Assembly: GCA_046484135.1 (NCBI GenBank) | Contig: JAWOBU010000175.1 | Location: forward strand, 1 to 20,990 | DNA: 20,990 nt | Direction of reading: 5' to 3' | From: a bacterium | GTDB lineage: Bacteria > RBG-13-61-14 > DATKZS01 | Shown: positions 17,163-20,990 of the stretch, piece after piece | Layout of the letters: each line of letters opens with the position of its first letter | How positions within the stretch are numbered: position 1 is the first letter of the stretch | Translations under genes and position numbers: made by a program | Notes under the pieces: model-generated | Database searches by the model: none | Seen by the model: only the letters and a program-made list of their open reading frames with translations | Told to the model about the DNA's origin: nothing

Positions 17163-18800
17163 TCATTCCTCCCCCATACTCTCTTTCAGCTCGTCCATGC
17201 CGTACTTGCCGAAGTAGCTGTACCTCTCGATCTGCTTTTGGGTGAGCGGTTTGGCGGTGATGTTGTTGTCCAGGTAGAGTCTTTTTCTGGTTTCCCTGGT
17301 GTAGCGCGGCCAGCGGGGCAGTCCGGGGCCATTGGGGTCGCCGGTTTTTGCGAAGTTGGCGTAATAGGCCATGATCTTCGCGGACATGGGCTCTCCCAGC
17401 TCGATGGCCCGGTCGTTTGCCAGGAGGTTGGCGAGGTCAGTGTCCATCTCGAGGGCCCCGAACACCATGGGTTCGTCCAGGCCGTGGAAGGCCCCCATCT
17501 TTTTCCGGAAGCGGGTGTCGTCCCAGTCAAACCGGTAGAAGTACACCGGGGAGTGCTCGGCCAAAGCCTCTGCCGCGGCAAAGCCCTGGGCCACGAACGC
17601 CTGGTTGGCCACCGCGTAAAGAAGGTGCACCGGCCGGTCATAATCGTCATACGAGTACATGGCCATGACCTCGTCCTTGCGGGGGCCCAAGAGCCACTCC
17701 AGGATGTGGTCCACCCACCACTCGGGCCAAAGGCTCAAGCCGGCAAAGAACATGGTGTAGAGCTTGATCTCGTCCCGGGTGTGTCCCACCATCACCGGCA
17801 CCCGGTTGTAATCGCCTCTTTTTATGTAATCGAGCGGCTGGTCCGCAAGCACGTAACCGTCCATGTGGGGGCCGAACCCCATGCCGCCGGAGACCATGGT
17901 GAGGATGGTGTTCTGCCCCTTGGGAACAAAAGCCTCCTGCGGCTTATCCCGCAGGCACTTCACCACGTCCGCGGCGCCGTCGCATCCTACTTCCTCGAGA
18001 ATTTTTTCGCCCTGCTGGTACCCTTCTTCCAGGGTGGAGGCTGTATTGCAGGAGCCGCTCATGGGAATGGCCCGGTGGAACAAGCCCTCGGCCAGCGGGG
18101 TGGCCAGCAGGGTGCACACGCTCATGCCTCCCGCGGACTGGCCGAAGACGGTCACGTTGTCCGGGTCTCCGCCAAACGCGGCGATGTTGTTTTGTACCCA
18201 TTTCAGGCCGCGTATCTGGTCCAGGATGCCGTAGTTGCCGGTGCTGCCGTGCGGGTCCTCCTCCGCAAGCTCGGGCAGGGCGGTGAAACCGAGGATGCCC
18301 ACCCGGTAGTCCATGGTTATAACAATGACCTCCTGCTCCGCTGCCAGCCGGGCGCCGTCCGACATCTCGTAGGTCCCGGACCCCTGCTTGAAAGCGCCTC
18401 CGTGTATCCAGTACATGACCGGATAGGTGCCGGGCTTCTTCGGTCGCCAGATGTTCAGGGTGAGACAAGCCTCGTCGCAGTCCTCGACGTCCCCGCCCGA
18501 GTAAATGGTCGAGTCCTGGGGGCAGGCGGGCCCGTACTCGAAGGCCTTGAGCACGCCCTGGTGCGACGGCGGCGGCTCAGGCGCCCGGAAGCGGAGGTCT
18601 CCCACCGGCTGGGCGGCGTATGGTATGCCTTTCCAGACGCAGGCGCTTTCGTCTGCGTCCGCGTAGCCCTTGATCGCACCCTGCTCGGTCTCCACCGGCT
18701 CCGAGCAATCAACCATAGCCGAGAGAGTAGATCCCGGCGAGAGAAGTAACACGCAGGCCGCAAGCATAAAGAACGCAGTTGTCAATTTCTTCTTTTCCAT
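17163..18800 (-). CDS. Secreted type-B carboxylesterase/lipase
   Basis: Signal peptide; WKGIPYA, EACLTLNIW, WIHGGAF, FGQSAGG (Ser), TRDE (Glu) and GAFHGLD (His). AAGGAG RBS favours the ATG at 18800. Confidence 0.95.
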   Translation of the reverse strand: MEKKKLTTAFFMLAACVLLLSPGSTLSAMVDCSEPVETEQGAIKGYADADESACVWKGIPYAAQPVGDLRFRAPEPPPSHQGVLKAFEYGPACPQDSTIYSGGDVEDCDEACLTLNIWRPKKPGTYPVMYWIHGGAFKQGSGTYEMSDGARLAAEQEVIVITMDYRVGILGFTALPELAEEDPHGSTGNYGILDQIRGLKWVQNNIAAFGGDPDNVTVFGQSAGGMSVCTLLATPLAEGLFHRAIPMSGSCNTASTLEEGYQQGEKILEEVGCDGAADVVKCLRDKPQEAFVPKGQNTILTMVSGGMGFGPHMDGYVLADQPLDYIKRGDYNRVPVMVGHTRDEIKLYTMFFAGLSLWPEWWVDHILEWLLGPRKDEVMAMYSYDDYDRPVHLLYAVANQAFVAQGFAAAEALAEHSPVYFYRFDWDDTRFRKKMGAFHGLDEPMVFGALEMDTDLANLLANDRAIELGEPMSAKIMAYYANFAKTGDPNGPGLPRWPRYTRETRKRLYLDNNITAKPLTQKQIERYSYFGKYGMDELKESMGEE

Positions 18801-19066
18801 CACGTGCTCCTTTCGTGGTTGAGCATGTAATTCTTAAATGGATATTCTTTAATCCCCGGGATGCGATCATCTTTCTGCCACGACACTCTTCCTTGTAGGC
18901 TGGTTAACAATTTCATTTCGGGCAAATTATTTACGCAGAGCGGGTTATTGCTTTCTGCTTCAGCTTATATCAATAAAAACAAAATAATTGTCACTCCATA
19001 TTTAGTAACTATTTAATATCAGACAGTTACAATTAGAACCTCTCTTTTGGCGGTGCTAATTCAGTG

Positions 19067-20587
19067 CTAATTATCCCCGGTATTAATATACCATCTAGCG
19101 GCATTAGTGGTTCCCTCAACCTTTATTTTTCCTTCATCCTTTAGTTCTCTTATCAATACCCTGATCTGATTTCTTGAGAGACCCTTAAGAACCTGGCTGA
19201 ACTCATAAAATTTACATCCCTCTTGGGAGTTATCTTGTATGTGCTTCAACAACAAAGCCTTGTTGGTCTCTCTGTCCAGCCCTTTCTTCCTGGTATAGGT
19301 CCCCTTTTCCCCGAGAAAAGCGTGGAACTGCTGGGATAGAATCGGTTTGTTCCCTGCCGTTTTCTCAATCAAGCCTAATTCCATCAAGTGGGGTAATCTT
19401 TTCTCCAAAGTCTCGGACAGCTTTTCACCTTTGAAAACCCGGTTCAGGGTTATAAGGTCATAGGCGGTAAAAGAGGCCAGCTTTTGTTGGCCAATTTTTT
19501 CCAGGAAGCGGAGAAACCTGGGATCCTGAACCTGACCGTCGAGCAGGATAGAAACCTGATGATCGTCAGTTCCTTGGAAGCTGGGCAGGGCTTTCCCCTC
19601 TTTGAGACATTCTTCGAACATCCTGTCCGCTCCTTGTCCTGCCCTTTCCACCAGACCGCACTTGGAAAAAGTCTCAGCCAGCCTCCTGTTGCGCGGATAC
19701 TGGCGTTACAGAATATTATCGACAGTGATACCCGGCGGGAATCCACCCGGGCTCACAATCTCGATTCTTCGCTGATACTGCTTTATGAAAATGGAACCTG
19801 CCTTGCGGTAATCGCGGTGGCTGACTGCATTCAACAGGGCCTCTCTTATGGCTCCTTCATTGAAGGTAGGGATATCCACCATGAAGAGGCCTTCCTGGTA
19901 GTGCTGGATATCGTTTCTCATGTTGATTTTTTCCCAGAGGTCATCATAACAGGAAAAGAAGCCCTGCCGATATTCAATCCGTTGCTGAGCCGCACCCGCT
20001 GCTTCACCGGAACGGTACTCAAAGATTATTTCAGCTTGGGGAAGATATCTGCCAAGTGCTCTTCTTTTTCCGAAAAGAATAAGAGCCGCATAGGTCAATT
20101 GTCCGTCCACGAAAAGTTCAGCGTCTTCTAAAAGCTGTTCGGTGGAAAGATGAGAAAGACTCTGATTCTTGCTTTTTCTGATCCATCTGCTTCTGAATTT
20201 TTCAATAGCTTCAGGTATCAGGTCTTCGATTGACGCCTGCGGACAAAGCTCGGCGGAGTAATCCGGCCCTCCAGCTTCATCGAAAATTATCTTGAGCTGC
20301 TCGGGAGTCATCGCAACCACACTTTCTACACTTCGCATCCAATAGGCGCCCCTGTATTGGATTGGAGTTCCGACTGGACGTGAAGGAGCCTCGAAGATAA
20401 GTACCCTCCCTTCAGGGTGTAGAACCTGTTTAACCTCGATGCGTAAATGCAAGCGGTCCAATAGTTGCTGTTTTATCTTTTCGGGGTTCATAAAAGCATT
20501 GGTGCCGACAACTTTGCGGGGCTGTTTATCCGTTACCCCCAGTATTATCCGTCCTCCCTGTTCATTAGCCAAGGCAACACAATATTT
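19067..20587 (-). pseudogene. Disrupted Schlafen/AlbA_2 + HATPase_c_4 + wHTH protein (often annotated RecG-like or ATP-binding transcriptional regulator)
   Basis: KYCVALANEQGGRIILGVTD (AlbA_2), IREALLNAVSHRDY, SPGGFP, PRNRRLAE, VERAGQGADRM and a C-terminal wHTH. The two track ORFs are one frame joined across a TAA at 19706-19708. The 5' end is missing. Confidence 0.88.
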
Positions 20588-20628
20588 TTACGGAATTATG
20601 CACTTAACAAAGCACATATCTAATTTCA

Positions 20629-20763
20629 TTACTTCTTCCCCTTCTTTTTCTTAACATACTGTATCTTATCAGAATTAGTCTCCATGAACGCCTTTAATGC
20701 TTCCTCTGGTTTGAGAGGATAGAGCGAGAGTTTATTCTTTTTATTTTTTTGTTTGTTTTTCAT
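20629..20763 (-). CDS. 44-aa basic peptide MKNKQKNKKNKLSLYPLKPEEALKAFMETNSDKIQYVKKKKGKK
   Basis: Translated by hand; start overlaps the upstream stop (ATGA); below the ORF-track length cut-off. Confidence 0.55.
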   Translation of the reverse strand: MKNKQKNKKNKLSLYPLKPEEALKAFMETNSDKIQYVKKKKGKK

Positions 20764-20990
20764 TTAACACCCGTCGTTTGAAGCAAATCGGTAACAATTA
20801 TATTTTGCTTATTCCAACTCTCGCATATTTTTTTGTTATAATATTCTCTTTCCTCTTCTGCCTTTTTACACTCATTAACTATTTTCTTACGTGTGCTTTT
20901 ATCAGGAAACAGTATCTCAATATCCTCAATAGAGTCACTATTTAATGTACTACCTTTTGCAGCACGCTGGGCATAAGGAGTATAATCAAG
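20760..20990 (-). CDS. C-terminal 76 aa of a restriction-modification specificity (HsdS/TRD-type) domain protein, partial
   Basis: Open from the window edge: LDYTPYAQRAAKGSTLNSDSIEDIEILFPDKSTRKKIVNECKKAEEERE...GVK*. Resembles the TRD end plus conserved helix (..I.IPLP....Q.KIV). Confidence 0.65.
   Translation of the reverse strand, partial: LDYTPYAQRAAKGSTLNSDSIEDIEILFPDKSTRKKIVNECKKAEEEREYYNKKICESWNKQNIIVTDLLQTTGVK

Larger units (their letters stand above)
20591..20990 (-). mobile_element. Probable end of an IS1595-family element with passenger genes (extends beyond window)
   Basis: CGGAATTATGCACTTAAC sits exactly where the AlbA_2 gene is cut and matches the CGGnnTT end consensus I recall for the ISNha5 group. 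Flank is AT-rich (TATTTTTA) and GC drops sharply. The transposase and other end are not visible. Confidence 0.55.

Noticed and set aside
13..18749. Long alternative ORFs (13-1134, 4102-5769, 11454-12974, 17238-18749, 10467-11447 and others)
   Set aside because: They overlap well-supported genes in shadow or antisense frames, have Arg/Gly/Pro-rich or reverse-codon composition and lack motifs, as expected in GC-rich DNA.
19706..19708. Programmed read-through (Sec/Pyl) in the AlbA_2 gene
   Set aside because: The codon is TAA, not TGA or TAG, and the gene is also 5'-truncated, so simple decay is likelier.

Overview
GC-rich bacterial chromosomal window, probably from an anaerobe (corrinoid protein, DUF169; inference), made mostly of intact metabolic and transport genes. 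In order: amidase-signature amidase, a 654-aa secreted unknown, Na+:solute symporter with a small upstream membrane protein, 14-TM MFS, DUF169, corrinoid protein, GH1 beta-glucosidase, folC, AraC regulator, an orphan OppC permease, Zn-ADH, a WG-repeat protein and a type-B carboxylesterase. The AT-richer right end holds a Schlafen/AlbA_2-HATPase-wHTH pseudogene with an in-frame TAA and a 5' truncation. The truncation lies at what looks like the end of an IS1595-family element, which carries a 44-aa peptide and the tail of a restriction-modification specificity domain; the ORF track missed both. The most unusual non-coding part is the 700-bp gap at 7672-8369: a promoter-containing segment bounded by long inverted repeats, with several strong and partly mutually exclusive hairpins. 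Also present are REP-like palindromes, a collapsed sulfatase relic, a shared 17-bp operator-like motif and a three-repeat loop insert in the symporter. No rRNA, tRNA or CRISPR array was seen. All family calls come from motif recognition by eye, not from database searches.
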